A stretch of 59,970 bases of DNA from Thermoplasmata archaeon (GCA_028864975.1 JAGWLG010000021.1:1-59970); one strand, 5' to 3'. Positions 1 through 9,340 are shown, numbered from the stretch's first letter. The notes: a model not told the origin generated them from the letters alone. Translations and numbers: made by a program.

Positions 1-117
1 GACGCCCTGGCCAAGGATGTGGTGATCCCCCTCTACCCCGCGGGCAGCGCCGCGAGGGCACGGGAGGAGCGGACGGTCAGGGAGCCCAAGGGGACGGTCG
101 GGCGAGGGACATCCTGA
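1..117 (+). CDS. 3' end of an unidentified gene truncated by the window edge
   Basis: Frame 1 is open from base 1 (DALAKDVVIPLYPAG...) to TGA at 115-117; too short to assign. Confidence 0.35.
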   Translation, partial: DALAKDVVIPLYPAGSAARAREERTVREPKGTVGRGTS

Positions 118-164
118 GCCACGGCCCGAATCTGGGACAGAACCACGAGAGGAGTGCCCCAAGC

Positions 165-788
165 TCACCACCCGTCACGGTTCCGGTTCTCTCTCCGCCG
201 CGCCTGGACCAGACGCATCGTGTACTCCTCGTACGCCGCTTCTCGGGGAGACCCGAGAGAGGCTCCTGGATCGCTCAGCCACACCACGGTCCTCGCCCCG
301 GCCGTCCCCTCGCTACTCCCGCGGAATGGGGGATCGAGGGAAGCCGCCACGTGGACCTCGGAGGAGGGGGCGGAAAGCTTCCCATGCTCCTCGAGGGGCG
401 AGACGGCCTGGAGGGTCGTGGGCCCCTGCGGTCCTGGGGCAGCCTCTGGAGCCGCTAGGGAGGAGGGCGAACGCTCGCACAAGACCAGCCGCCCGTACTT
501 CCCCAAGGAGAGACACGTTCGTCCCTGGAAGTGTTTGACCCAAGCCTCGGCGATGAGGACCCGGTCGCCCTCCCTCGCCATCCCGATCTCCTCCCCCCAG
601 AGGACCAGCAGGGCCCGGCCCGAGGCATCCTCGAACTCCAGCTCTTGGATCGGCCGTCGGCGTCCTCCGGAGAGGGGGATCTCCCGGGGCGCGTGCGCCT
701 TGGAGATCGTCCCGTAGACCATGGCCTCTCGATTGGGGGCAAGTCTGGCGATCGGCTCGGGGATCAGCGGGGTCCGCGCGAACGACAT
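165..788 (-). CDS. OB-fold single-stranded DNA-binding protein (SSB/RPA-like) with C-terminal extension
   Basis: ELEFEDASGRALLVLWGE...EGDRVLIAEAWVKHFQGRTCLSLGKYGRL matches the archaeal SSB OB-fold pattern (D.TG.i.l.lW...G..v.i....v..f.g...l.lg..g.i). Confidence 0.75.
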   Translation of the reverse strand: MSFARTPLIPEPIARLAPNREAMVYGTISKAHAPREIPLSGGRRRPIQELEFEDASGRALLVLWGEEIGMAREGDRVLIAEAWVKHFQGRTCLSLGKYGRLVLCERSPSSLAAPEAAPGPQGPTTLQAVSPLEEHGKLSAPSSEVHVAASLDPPFRGSSEGTAGARTVVWLSDPGASLGSPREAAYEEYTMRLVQARRRENRNRDGW

Positions 789-1086
789 GAGGCGGACCGT
801 CGCGTCCTAGCCGTTAATGACCGCGGCACCCGGCGTGCGGGAAACATGCCATGTGTGACAGCCTTTGACGCGCACCGACCTTCCGCTCAGGAGCACCTCC
901 TCCACCGGGCGGAAGGAGCTCGAGGAGGATGCGCTCCCGGTGCACGATCTCGACGCGGGATGGCGGGATGACCGATAGCCGGGTGGAGCGGCGGGGGAAG
1001 GTCCAGCGACGGTTCGCGTCGCAAAGCCTGCATATCCCCGAACCATTGCTCTCTGGCGGCGAGGGCAGGACGGTACCCCTAGGAAC

Positions 1087-1518
1087 ATGAAGCTGGAGAA
1101 GATCGGCAGCCTCGAACTGATCTACGCCGACGTGGACGAGGAACTCGAGTACGAAGAGGGGGGGATCATGTACGGAACCCTCCGGGGCAAGATGGACGCC
1201 GGGAGCCTCAAGGGGTCCATGCACGCCACCAACCATGCTCGCCTGCGGCCGGACGGCACGTTCCTCCCCACGCTCCGAGGGATCCTCACTTCCGCCAAGG
1301 GCTCGAGGTCCTTCTTCACCATGGATGGGATCTCCGTGCGCGACCCGAAGGCGGACCCGCCCCGCCGCATCGTGACCACGGGGCTCACCTTCTGGTCCCC
1401 CGACGAAGAGCTTCGGCCGTGGAACAATGTCTACCTGGTGGCTGAGCTCAAGGGCGGGAAGATGGGCGAGAGCTGGGGCGTCGCGGGGGCGGTCTTCCGC
1501 TGCGTCCCCGAGCTCTGA
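1087..1518 (+). CDS. Hypothetical beta-barrel protein, DUF3237-like
   Basis: Non-GC-skewed protein composition; G..G.l.G...RPDG...lrg.l.t..G pattern and C-terminal W.N..ylv motif resemble DUF3237. Confidence 0.55.
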   Translation: MKLEKIGSLELIYADVDEELEYEEGGIMYGTLRGKMDAGSLKGSMHATNHARLRPDGTFLPTLRGILTSAKGSRSFFTMDGISVRDPKADPPRRIVTTGLTFWSPDEELRPWNNVYLVAELKGGKMGESWGVAGAVFRCVPEL

Positions 1519-1524
1519 GGCTCG

Positions 1525-2037
1525 CTATCGACCGACCACGGCCAGCAGGCGTCGCAACGCCTCCCGGTTGTCCGGCCAGAAGAGCGTCGCAAGCGCCTCC
1601 CCGGAGCGGCACCAGCGGTAGGCCTCGTGCTCGGAGCTGATGACGGGCGGGCGAGCATCCGGGACCTCGACCCCGAAGGCGTGCACCTTCCAGGGCCGGT
1701 GGTGCCTTCCTTCGAAGACATACTCCCAGTGGAGGTCGATCACCGGACCCACTTTCGTGAACTGGGTCTCCTCCCGTACCTCCCGACGCACGGCGGCCTC
1801 GAGGGAGGGGTCGGACGGCTCGACGCGACCGCTCACGGACTGCCAGAACCCTCCGCGCATCGCGGTCCGTTTCAGGAGGAGGAGCCGGAACGGGGAGCGG
1901 ACGAAGACGAACCCCTCCACGCACGGCTGGAGCGGAGGGCGGAGGACGATGGGGTCGGGCGTCGCATCCGGGCTCAACAGAGGACCGGACGGGACCGGGT
2001 ATTTCGGGACCACGGGGGGCCACGCTCCATCCTGCAT
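1525..2037 (-). CDS. NUDIX hydrolase, NudB/NtpA-like
   Basis: Nudix box variant WQSVSGRVEPSDPSLEAAVRREVREET and C-terminal SEHEAYRW...NREAL, typical of NudB-type enzymes. Confidence 0.85.
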   Translation of the reverse strand: MQDGAWPPVVPKYPVPSGPLLSPDATPDPIVLRPPLQPCVEGFVFVRSPFRLLLLKRTAMRGGFWQSVSGRVEPSDPSLEAAVRREVREETQFTKVGPVIDLHWEYVFEGRHHRPWKVHAFGVEVPDARPPVISSEHEAYRWCRSGEALATLFWPDNREALRRLLAVVGR

Positions 2038-2054
2038 CGTCGCACGGGCCAGGC

Positions 2055-2059
2055 TTTAA
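2055..2059 (+). promoter_or_regulatory. Putative TATA box
   Basis: TTTAA in GC-rich context 26-30 nt upstream of GTG at 2085. Confidence 0.45.
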
Positions 2060-2084
2060 CTAGCGCCAGAGGGCGCAAGACGCC

Positions 2085-5000
2085 GTGCTGACCCAGGGAG
2101 GGGGACCCCGGCCGGGGCGCCCGACGGCCCCCAGGGCCATCGTGCTCATCCTCGCCCTGCTGGCGGTCGGGGCGCCCCTGCTCGTGCTGCATCCCACGAC
2201 GTCCTCCCCAGGGGACCCGTCCGTCACCGCGAGCCCGGTCCTGCCATCTCTTCGGACCACCTCGACCCCCCCGACACCAGGGGCGACACCGGTCTGGAAC
2301 AACCTGACGACGACCGCGGGCACGCCTCCCTCCGCGCGAAGCGACTTCGGCCTCGCCTACGATGCGCGCGACGGCACCACGCTGCTGTTCGGGGGGTCGA
2401 ACGGGCTCCACGAGCTGGGAGATACCTGGACCTTTCACGCCGGCACCTGGCAGAACATCACGGGAGGCCTCGCAAGGGCCCCCGGAGCTCGCTCGGCCTT
2501 CGGTTTGACCTACGACGCGGTCGACCACTACGTGGTGCTCTGGGGAGGATGTTCGGATGTCCTTTGCGACACCTACTGGAGCGACTCCTGGAAGTTCGCG
2601 GGAGGGCAGTGGTGGCCCCTCAACCTTACGACGGCGCCGTCGGGGCGTGCCCACTTCGGCATGACCTGGGACACCCACGACCAGGAGGTCGTGATGTTCG
2701 GGGGCTACCAAAGCGGCGGCGCCACACCGGACGACACGTGGGTCTTCAAAGCGGGTGGATGGAGCGAGGTCTGCGCCACCTCCTGCGGACCCGTTGGACG
2801 CTACGACCTCTCCCTGTCGGACGATCCCTGGGACAGCTCGGCCCTCCTCTTCGGAGGGTACGAGGCGACCAACGGGGACCTGGGCGACACCTGGAGCTTC
2901 GCGGCCGGGACCTGGGCCCAGGTCTCGATGCCCGTCTCGGGGCTTTGCGGGGGCCCGGGTCAGCCGGCCTGCCTGACCGATGCCCCCGCCCCCCGCCACG
3001 CGGCGATGATGGCCCCGGACCCGAACGACGGCGACCTCCTCTTCATCGGTGGAGTGAGCGGCTCGACGACCTTCCCTTATGGGGGAGGAGGCTACTGGAA
3101 CTACCTCACCTCGACGTGGACGAGCGTGGCGGTCACCTCGCCCGACGGGACCTCCGCTGCGAACATGGCCTACGACGGCACCGATGGCTACGAGGTCTTC
3201 TTCGGAGGGGTGAACGCCTCGGGCGTGCTCGTCGCCTACACCTGGACCTTCGGGCCCCCGCCGGCGCAACAGGCGCTCGTCTCCTTTGCCACGGTTCCCT
3301 CCTCCTGTGGGACGATCAAGCTCGGCACCTCCTCCTACACCAACGGCCAGCAGGGCACCTACGCGCTGGGGACCTACCCGGTCTCGGCCACCGCGTGCGC
3401 GGGGTACGCCCTGAAGGGGCTCTCGGCGACGGGGGGGATCACCCTCTGGCCCGGGAACTCGACGGCCTCTGTGGGGTCCGCCGGGTCGATCAGTGCCACC
3501 TTCTCGCTCACGCGCGCTTCCGTGTCCTTCACCGTCGCGCCCTTGGCCTGCGGGGCGATCACGTTCAACGGCACGCCCCAGTCCTCCGGGAGCTCGGGGG
3601 TCTATCCCCTCGCGACCTACGCCGTGAGCGCAGCCGCGTGCCCGAACTTCCTCTTCCAACAGTGGAACGCGACCGGCGGGGTTGCGGTCAGCTCCGCGAC
3701 CTCGGCCAGTACCCAGGCGACGCTCACGGGGACGGGAGGGCTCACCGCGTGGTACGTGTGGAACGGTGGAGGACCGACACGATACACCGTGGCCTTCAGC
3801 ATCTACCCCAGCACGTGTGGGGACCTGACCTTCAACGGAAGCGCTCAGGCCAACGGCACCTCGGCGGGCTTCCCCGCCGCCGCGTACACGGCCGTGGCCC
3901 CCAGCTGTTCGGGCTACAGCTTCCTGACTTGGACCTCCACGGGAGGGCTCGTCGTGGCCACGCCCTCGAACCCGAGCTCGTCGGTCACCGTGAGCGCCTC
4001 CGGGACGCTCGCGGCCAACTTCGCTCCGACCTCGGGGGGCACCCACTACGTCGTCTCCTTCCTGGCGATCCCCACGACCTGCGCCCCCGTGCTCTTCAAC
4101 GGCAGCGCGCAGGCGGCGGGCAGCGCGGGGTCGTACCGCCCGGCGTCCTACACCGCCTCGGCCCTCGCCTGCTCTGGGTACAACTTCGGGAGCTGGTCCG
4201 TGAGCGGGGGCCTCGCCACGGCCTCGTCGACCTCGCCCACGACGACGGTCACGGTCTCGAGCAACGGCTCGCTCTCGGCGGACTACGTGGCCGTCGGGGC
4301 CAACGCGGTCCTTGTGCGGATCGTGCCCGTCGCATGCGGGGCCGTCGTGGTGATCAACGGCCAGGGGTATGCGGACGGAGGGACCGCGTCACTCGTGTCG
4401 GGGACCTACGCGATCGGCGCGTCTCCGTGCCCGGGCTACGAGTTCGAGCAATGGAACACCTCCGGAGGGTTCGCCATCTCCGGTTCCAGCGCGGTGGTCA
4501 GCGGGAGCGGTTCGGTCCAGGCGACCTACGTGCTCCTCCCCACCGTGCAGTTCCAGGCAAACCGTACCTACCTTCGCGCGGGGGGCTCGGTCAGTGTGCT
4601 GGCGCTGCCCGCGCAGGGCGTCGGGCCTTATGCCTGCACCTGGTCGCTCAACGGCACGAACGTCACGACAGGCTGCTCGACCCTCCTGACGTTCAATCAC
4701 ACCGCAACCTACGCGCTCGACCTCTGGGTGGTGGACGCCCATGGGTATGCCGCGCAGGCGCCGTCGCAGGACCTCCACGTCACTCCCGTGCCCGGCCCTG
4801 GCCCGCGGGGTTCGAGCGGCCCCTTGGGTGGGGCGTGGCTCTACCTCGTCGTCCTCGCCGTCGCCGCTGTCCTGATCCTGCTTGCGTTCCTCGTCCTCCG
4901 TCGACGACAAGACGCGAGGCGCCCCCCCCGTGGACCGCGAGGGGCCAACCCGACCGCCCCGGTCCCTTCTCTCGCGGTCTCCATGGAGCCGCCTGCCACC

Positions 5001-6161
5001 TCCCCCACCAGCGCTGGCGAGGAGCCGGGGACCGTGGAGAGGGGGCCCTGGCCCCCACCCGAAGCCTCCCCGACACCGACCCAGGCGAGCGGCCCCGGTC
5101 CTTCTTCCCCTATCTCCGGAGGAAGCTGGGCCCCGATGCCGAGCGGCGCCCCAGTCGTCCCCTCGCGCGACGCACAGGCCCTTGAGGACTTCCTGAACGC
5201 TCCGAAGTCTCCCGCGGCACGTCCTTCGGTCTCGAGCGGGGGTGCGGCCACCCCAGCGGCCGCCGCCACGGTGGCGCCTGCCAGCTCCCCCTCTGCCCTC
5301 CCATCTGTCCCATCCTCCGCCCCTCCCTCCGGAACGCCTGCTTCCCCAAGGGTGACGACCCCCGCGCCGACGGCGACGATGCCCGCCGCCTCGCCAGCGC
5401 CTTCCAAGCTCGAGACGACGAGGCCAGGCCCCTCAGCCGCTGCCGCCGGCACTGCAGCCCCGGCGCGCTCACCTCCCCCCACAACGGCCACCGCGCCCGT
5501 GGTAGGCTCGCCTCCGTCGGAGCCACCTGCGCCGGAGAAGCCCCCGGAACACGACCAGATCCTGGAGGCGCTCGCGGGAGGCTCCCTGCCGCTCTCCGAG
5601 CTCGCGCACCGGCTCCGGGCCGATCCCGAGGAGGTGGCGGCCGCGCTCACGATGCTCGTACGCGACCAATTGGTCCAGCGCCTTTCGTCCACGAGCTCAG
5701 GCTCCGCTCGATATCAGTTGACGCGCAAAGGCATGGTTACGGCCGTGCGTGCCCTGGAACCGGCCCCCAAGGCCTCGCCCTCCTCAGAAGTCCCCTCACC
5801 GTCGCCCCCTTCCGCACCCCCCGTGACGGTTCCCACTCGACCGCCCGCGAGCCCCCCCGCTCCTGCGGTGGTCTCCCCAATCTCCACCGCGACACCCGCC
5901 GCGCTCCCTCCTCCGGGATCCGAGCCCTCCGTGAGCTCGCTCCGTCCGCAGGACGTCAACCCCAACGTCAAGGGAGTTCCTAAGGGAGCCTACACCGCCT
6001 GGTCCGCGAACATCCACGGGGACACGGCGAACGTGACCGAGGTCGGGGGGGACTCGAAGCGCAAGGAAGTGGAGGAGAAGGAGCGCATCCGACGCGTGCT
6101 CGCGGCACGGGAAGAGGAGCGGCGGCGCAGGACGAACGGGGAAGCTCCTCCCGTCGGGTAA
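2085..6161 (+). CDS. Membrane-anchored surface protein: Kelch beta-propeller, Ig/PKD-like repeats, TM helix, Pro-rich tail with winged-HTH-like domain
   Basis: N-terminal hydrophobic signal; repeated PSAR..FGLAYD...LLFGG...DTW Kelch blades; Cys-pair beta repeats; TM WLYLVVLAVAAVLILLAFLVL followed by RRR; wHTH-like segment at about 5548-5735. Confidence 0.8.
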   Translation: MLTQGGGPRPGRPTAPRAIVLILALLAVGAPLLVLHPTTSSPGDPSVTASPVLPSLRTTSTPPTPGATPVWNNLTTTAGTPPSARSDFGLAYDARDGTTLLFGGSNGLHELGDTWTFHAGTWQNITGGLARAPGARSAFGLTYDAVDHYVVLWGGCSDVLCDTYWSDSWKFAGGQWWPLNLTTAPSGRAHFGMTWDTHDQEVVMFGGYQSGGATPDDTWVFKAGGWSEVCATSCGPVGRYDLSLSDDPWDSSALLFGGYEATNGDLGDTWSFAAGTWAQVSMPVSGLCGGPGQPACLTDAPAPRHAAMMAPDPNDGDLLFIGGVSGSTTFPYGGGGYWNYLTSTWTSVAVTSPDGTSAANMAYDGTDGYEVFFGGVNASGVLVAYTWTFGPPPAQQALVSFATVPSSCGTIKLGTSSYTNGQQGTYALGTYPVSATACAGYALKGLSATGGITLWPGNSTASVGSAGSISATFSLTRASVSFTVAPLACGAITFNGTPQSSGSSGVYPLATYAVSAAACPNFLFQQWNATGGVAVSSATSASTQATLTGTGGLTAWYVWNGGGPTRYTVAFSIYPSTCGDLTFNGSAQANGTSAGFPAAAYTAVAPSCSGYSFLTWTSTGGLVVATPSNPSSSVTVSASGTLAANFAPTSGGTHYVVSFLAIPTTCAPVLFNGSAQAAGSAGSYRPASYTASALACSGYNFGSWSVSGGLATASSTSPTTTVTVSSNGSLSADYVAVGANAVLVRIVPVACGAVVVINGQGYADGGTASLVSGTYAIGASPCPGYEFEQWNTSGGFAISGSSAVVSGSGSVQATYVLLPTVQFQANRTYLRAGGSVSVLALPAQGVGPYACTWSLNGTNVTTGCSTLLTFNHTATYALDLWVVDAHGYAAQAPSQDLHVTPVPGPGPRGSSGPLGGAWLYLVVLAVAAVLILLAFLVLRRRQDARRPPRGPRGANPTAPVPSLAVSMEPPATSPTSAGEEPGTVERGPWPPPEASPTPTQASGPGPSSPISGGSWAPMPSGAPVVPSRDAQALEDFLNAPKSPAARPSVSSGGAATPAAAATVAPASSPSALPSVPSSAPPSGTPASPRVTTPAPTATMPAASPAPSKLETTRPGPSAAAAGTAAPARSPPPTTATAPVVGSPPSEPPAPEKPPEHDQILEALAGGSLPLSELAHRLRADPEEVAAALTMLVRDQLVQRLSSTSSGSARYQLTRKGMVTAVRALEPAPKASPSSEVPSPSPPSAPPVTVPTRPPASPPAPAVVSPISTATPAALPPPGSEPSVSSLRPQDVNPNVKGVPKGAYTAWSANIHGDTANVTEVGGDSKRKEVEEKERIRRVLAAREEERRRRTNGEAPPVG

Positions 6162-6239
6162 GGTCTTGAGGAGCTCGAACGGGGCTCTCCGCTCACCACG
6201 GCGGCTCAGCAGGGCTCAAGTACTAGCAATGCTGTAGTT

Positions 6240-6260
6240 CTCTGCAGAGGACTGCAGAGG
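6240..6260. promoter_or_regulatory. Putative operator upstream of TA-like pair
   Basis: Palindrome CTCTGCAGAG (6240-6249) and direct repeat CTGCAGAGG x2 (6242-6250, 6252-6260) just before GTG at 6266. Confidence 0.3.
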
Positions 6261-6265
6261 GAACC

Positions 6266-6610
6266 GTGCCGGTGCTCGTACGGATCAGCGGAGAAGCGAG
6301 GAAGGCGATCGAGGACCTCGTTCGTCGGACGTACGGTACGGTCACGCAGACCTTGGTGGAGGGGCAGCTCGAGGCGGCCGTCTGGGAGTTCGTGAACCGG
6401 AACGGCCGAGGAGACCCACGTGGGGTCGACCTGGCGAGGGCGGGCGGTTCCCCGATCAAGAAGAGCGGCTGGGCTTACATGAAACAACGATACCCGAGCG
6501 CGGCCTCCGTTCGCGCTGAGATCGCGAAGCGAACGCACAGCCCTGGCTACCAGCGGGTCCTGCAGGCGCTCGAGCATTACTGGCAGGTCCGAGAGGCCCC
6601 TCGAAAGTAG
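6266..6610 (+). CDS. Hypothetical protein, candidate antitoxin
   Basis: 114 aa with RHH-like N-terminal strand-helix (VLVRISGEARKAIEDLV); lies 14 nt before a RelE-like gene. Confidence 0.5.
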   Translation: MPVLVRISGEARKAIEDLVRRTYGTVTQTLVEGQLEAAVWEFVNRNGRGDPRGVDLARAGGSPIKKSGWAYMKQRYPSAASVRAEIAKRTHSPGYQRVLQALEHYWQVREAPRK

Positions 6611-6624
6611 GCGAGGTACCCGAG

Positions 6625-6972
6625 ATGGCCATCCGACCCGAGGAGATCATCGTCCACGAAGAGGTCCGGGCCGCGCACGAGGCATGGGAGTCCCTTGCGC
6701 GTCAGGGCCGTCAGCCCGCGCAAGCGGTTTGGAAGAGCCTACAGACCTGCATCCTTCGACTTCGATCGGATGCTCAGTGGGGGGAGGTCGTTCGCCAGGA
6801 GCTCATCCCGCGCTACTTTCGGGAGAAGTACGGTGTCTCGAACCTCTACTGCATCGACCTTGCGGCTTTTCATCGGTGTCTCTACACGATAGCGAACCGC
6901 TCGGTCATCCTTCTGGACATCGTCGATCACCCGACCTACGATGGGTGGTTCCCGGGACGTCGGTCTCGGTGA
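6625..6972 (+). CDS. RelE/ParE-superfamily-like toxin (archaeal uncharacterised family)
   Basis: IPRYFREKYGVSNLYCIDLAAFHRCLYTI...ILLDIVDHPTY resembles the RelE-fold C-terminal sheet (R.lY.i...v.il.i..H..Y). Confidence 0.55.
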   Translation: MAIRPEEIIVHEEVRAAHEAWESLARQGRQPAQAVWKSLQTCILRLRSDAQWGEVVRQELIPRYFREKYGVSNLYCIDLAAFHRCLYTIANRSVILLDIVDHPTYDGWFPGRRSR

Positions 6973-7017
6973 GGGCGCGAGACGCCGATGCGCCGCCTCA
7001 GGTCCCGGCGCCTCGCT

Positions 7018-7296
7018 TCAAATTCTCTTGCCCTTGGCCAGGGACCGAAGAAGACTGGGGCTCGTAGTATGGGTCCACTGGATCCCCTTGGACCCCTCGA
7101 TGGCGAGGCCAAGGTCGAAGCAGAATCGTAGGGCGCGGTTCAGGCGTGCCCGGCTCGTGGCGTGCCCGCTCTCCTTGAGCCGCTCGAGGAGCCAGTTCCG
7201 GCTGACCGGGTCTCCGGCCTCCTGGAGGAGCGACATCACGACCTCCGTCGTGCCAAGGGTGATGTCGAGGGGATGGGAGGCCCGCGACGCCGCCAT
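7018..7296 (-). CDS. Small winged-helix-like hypothetical protein
   Basis: 92 aa with helix-helix-helix-wing pattern (VSRNWLLERL...RARLNRALRFCFDLGLAIEGSKGIQW); AT-rich CTTCTTATC upstream on the minus strand. Confidence 0.55.
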   Translation of the reverse strand: MAASRASHPLDITLGTTEVVMSLLQEAGDPVSRNWLLERLKESGHATSRARLNRALRFCFDLGLAIEGSKGIQWTHTTSPSLLRSLAKGKRI

Positions 7297-7569
7297 GCAG
7301 AACTAGAAGCTCTGCCCCCTGATAAGAAGTTGTACCCCCTCTCTGACCGCGGCGCGAACCACGAAAAGGGGGCCCGAACCGGTGCGGGGTCGGGTCCCCC
7401 GACGCTTGGATCGGCGTTCTCTCCTCCGAGGGGAAGAGACCCACATGGAGGGAGAGGATTCCGATCCAAAAGGAGGGGCGAAGGTCGAGAAGAAGCGCAG
7501 CCGTCCGGGGGATACTGCGCGGGGGGAAGTGCGCGAAAGACCTGAAGGCGCGCGTCCTGGACCGTCGAG

Positions 7570-7980
7570 CTACACCTTCCGTTGGGAAAGGAGACGAAGA
7601 ATCGCTTCCGCGGGTTCCCCGCCCGCCTCCTTCAACGCCTTCACCGCAGTACCGTGGTCCACCTGGGCCTGCTCCATCACGAGCTCCACGTCCTCTTCGG
7701 GGGGACCGGCGGAGGCGGGGGGGGAAGCAGGGGCCGCGCCGGTGGAGACGCCCCCCGCAGGGGCCGACCCCTTCGCGCGGGTCGTGACGTTCCCCACGAT
7801 CTGGAACGTCTTGACCCCCTGGACAGTGACCACCGTGACCTCGGCCCCCTCGATGACCACCTCCTCCTGAGCACGACGGATGACGACCTCCTCGACGTCG
7901 TCGAGGGTCTCCGTCGTCATCCCCATGCGCTTCATCATGAGGCGCATGTTGCGCTCGTTCATCCGGCCACCGGGGATCAT
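7570..7980 (-). CDS. nac: Nascent polypeptide-associated complex protein (archaeal NAC)
   Basis: MIPGGRMNERNMRLMMKRMGM...VEEVVI...QGVKTFQIVG plus UBA-like EEDVELVMEQAQVD...A..AL.EA.GE.AEAIL; start trimmed to ATG 7980 inside the 7570..9267 ORF. Confidence 0.92.
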   Translation of the reverse strand: MIPGGRMNERNMRLMMKRMGMTTETLDDVEEVVIRRAQEEVVIEGAEVTVVTVQGVKTFQIVGNVTTRAKGSAPAGGVSTGAAPASPPASAGPPEEDVELVMEQAQVDHGTAVKALKEAGGEPAEAILRLLSQRKV

Positions 7981-8015
7981 GGTCGCTCCTGCCATGGCCA
8001 GGTGGGCCCGGGGCT

Positions 8016-9278
8016 TTAGCCTCGACGGCCGCGCGGGAGGGCGCGGGCCGTGGCGGCCGGGAGCTGGAGCGACTCCGGGATCTTCTGTTCGAGCTCGGGG
8101 TCCGCGATCAGCTCGGAGCTCTCGCCGGGGACCATGCGGCGCGCGTGGCCCCGAGAGCGCTCTCGGTCCTCGGCCTTGACCCCGCGGACCTGCCGTTCGA
8201 GCTCCTCCATCACGTCGGCCGCGGCCTTCAACAGGTTGTAGTCGGTGCGGGAGGCGTTGTAGATCCGGCTCGGACCGTGCAGGCGAGCCTCGAGCGACAT
8301 CGCACCCAGTCCCTTGGTCGGATGGGAGACGACGTGGACCGAGAGCATTCGAGGGGCTTCGGCCCGGGCGATGCGCTTGAGCCCCTTCGAGAGGACCGCG
8401 TCGAGGTCGGTCATGAGGGTGGGGTCGCTCCCGGCCGTGAGCCCGCTGATCTGGATGTAGACCCCCGAGGCGTCGGGGGCGTGGCGCACCGCGAGCCCCA
8501 AGAGGTCCGCCTGGGAAACGAGCCCCATCGCGGCCTCCCCTTCGGCGACGAAGACGGAGGAGGAGCGGTTCTTCGTCATCAGGCGCGCTGCCTCGCCCGC
8601 GGTCGAGCGGCGGGGGACGGTGAGCGGGGGGCGGGTCATGATGCTCTGCACGCGGGCGTCCTCGGGGACCGTCTCCAGGCCGGGGTCCTTCTTCCCACCC
8701 TCCATGGGGCGCCAGAAGGCGTTCCCGATGTCGGTCAAGCTCACGGCCCCGACGAGCCGTTGGCCGCCATCGACCACGGGGAGAGGATGCTCCTCGAGCT
8801 CCCGGACCAGCGAGAAGAGGCTCCGGCAGGGATCGTCCGCCTGGACGACCACGTTGGCGGGGCTCATCACCTCGGCGACCGAGTGTTCGGCGAGGCGAGG
8901 AAGTGTCGGGAGCGCACGGACCAGGTCCGTGCGGGAGACGACTCCCAGGAGCTTGCCGCTCTTCGAGTCGACCACGCAGGCCGCCCGCCTGCCCGAGGCG
9001 AGCAGGCGCTCCGCGATCTCGGGGAACGAGAGGTTCGGAGGGATCGTCGGGGGGAGGACCATCACGTGCTCGAGCTTGGTCGAAAGGGCGAGGGTGTGCC
9101 GTCGCCCGAGCGCGTCGTAGGTGACCATCCCCGCGAGCCTCTTCGCTCGGAGCAACGGGATCTCGTGGATGTGCTTGCTCCGCATGATCCCCAGGGCGCG
9201 GGAAAGGGTGTCCTCGACGTCCAACGTGATCGGGTCGGAGGTCATCAGGTCCGAGGCGAGGGGCCATTCGTCGGGCAT
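8016..9278 (-). CDS. Four-CBS-domain protein with C-terminal HPF/RaiA-like domain (Hib-like ribosome hibernation factor candidate)
   Basis: Four CBS repeats (LMTSDPITL, VMSPANVVV, IMTRPPLTV; G.vs..Dl motifs), then a beta-alpha-beta-beta-beta-alpha segment ending DYNLLKAAADVMEELERQV, like the HPF C-terminal helix. Start ATG 9278 has a TATTTA box about 30 nt upstream. Confidence 0.75.
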   Translation of the reverse strand: MPDEWPLASDLMTSDPITLDVEDTLSRALGIMRSKHIHEIPLLRAKRLAGMVTYDALGRRHTLALSTKLEHVMVLPPTIPPNLSFPEIAERLLASGRRAACVVDSKSGKLLGVVSRTDLVRALPTLPRLAEHSVAEVMSPANVVVQADDPCRSLFSLVRELEEHPLPVVDGGQRLVGAVSLTDIGNAFWRPMEGGKKDPGLETVPEDARVQSIMTRPPLTVPRRSTAGEAARLMTKNRSSSVFVAEGEAAMGLVSQADLLGLAVRHAPDASGVYIQISGLTAGSDPTLMTDLDAVLSKGLKRIARAEAPRMLSVHVVSHPTKGLGAMSLEARLHGPSRIYNASRTDYNLLKAAADVMEELERQVRGVKAEDRERSRGHARRMVPGESSELIADPELEQKIPESLQLPAATARALPRGRRG

Positions 9279-9340
9279 GGTTGGGGTCGGGGGGACTTTC
9301 CCCCCCGTAAATAGCGTGCGTGTGGAACGGCGGCGACCTA

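Noticed and set aside
1974-5692. Overlapping ORFs 1974..4046-, 2549..5185+, 4841..5692-
   Set aside because: Shadow frames of the Kelch surface protein.
7445-7870. ORF MEGEDSDPKGG... on the plus strand
   Set aside because: Low-complexity and mostly antisense to nac; no family signal.
7981-9267. Apparent 430-aa N-terminal extension of NAC in ORF 7570..9267
   Set aside because: It is an alternative frame of the CBS gene; NAC homology starts at MIPGG (7980).
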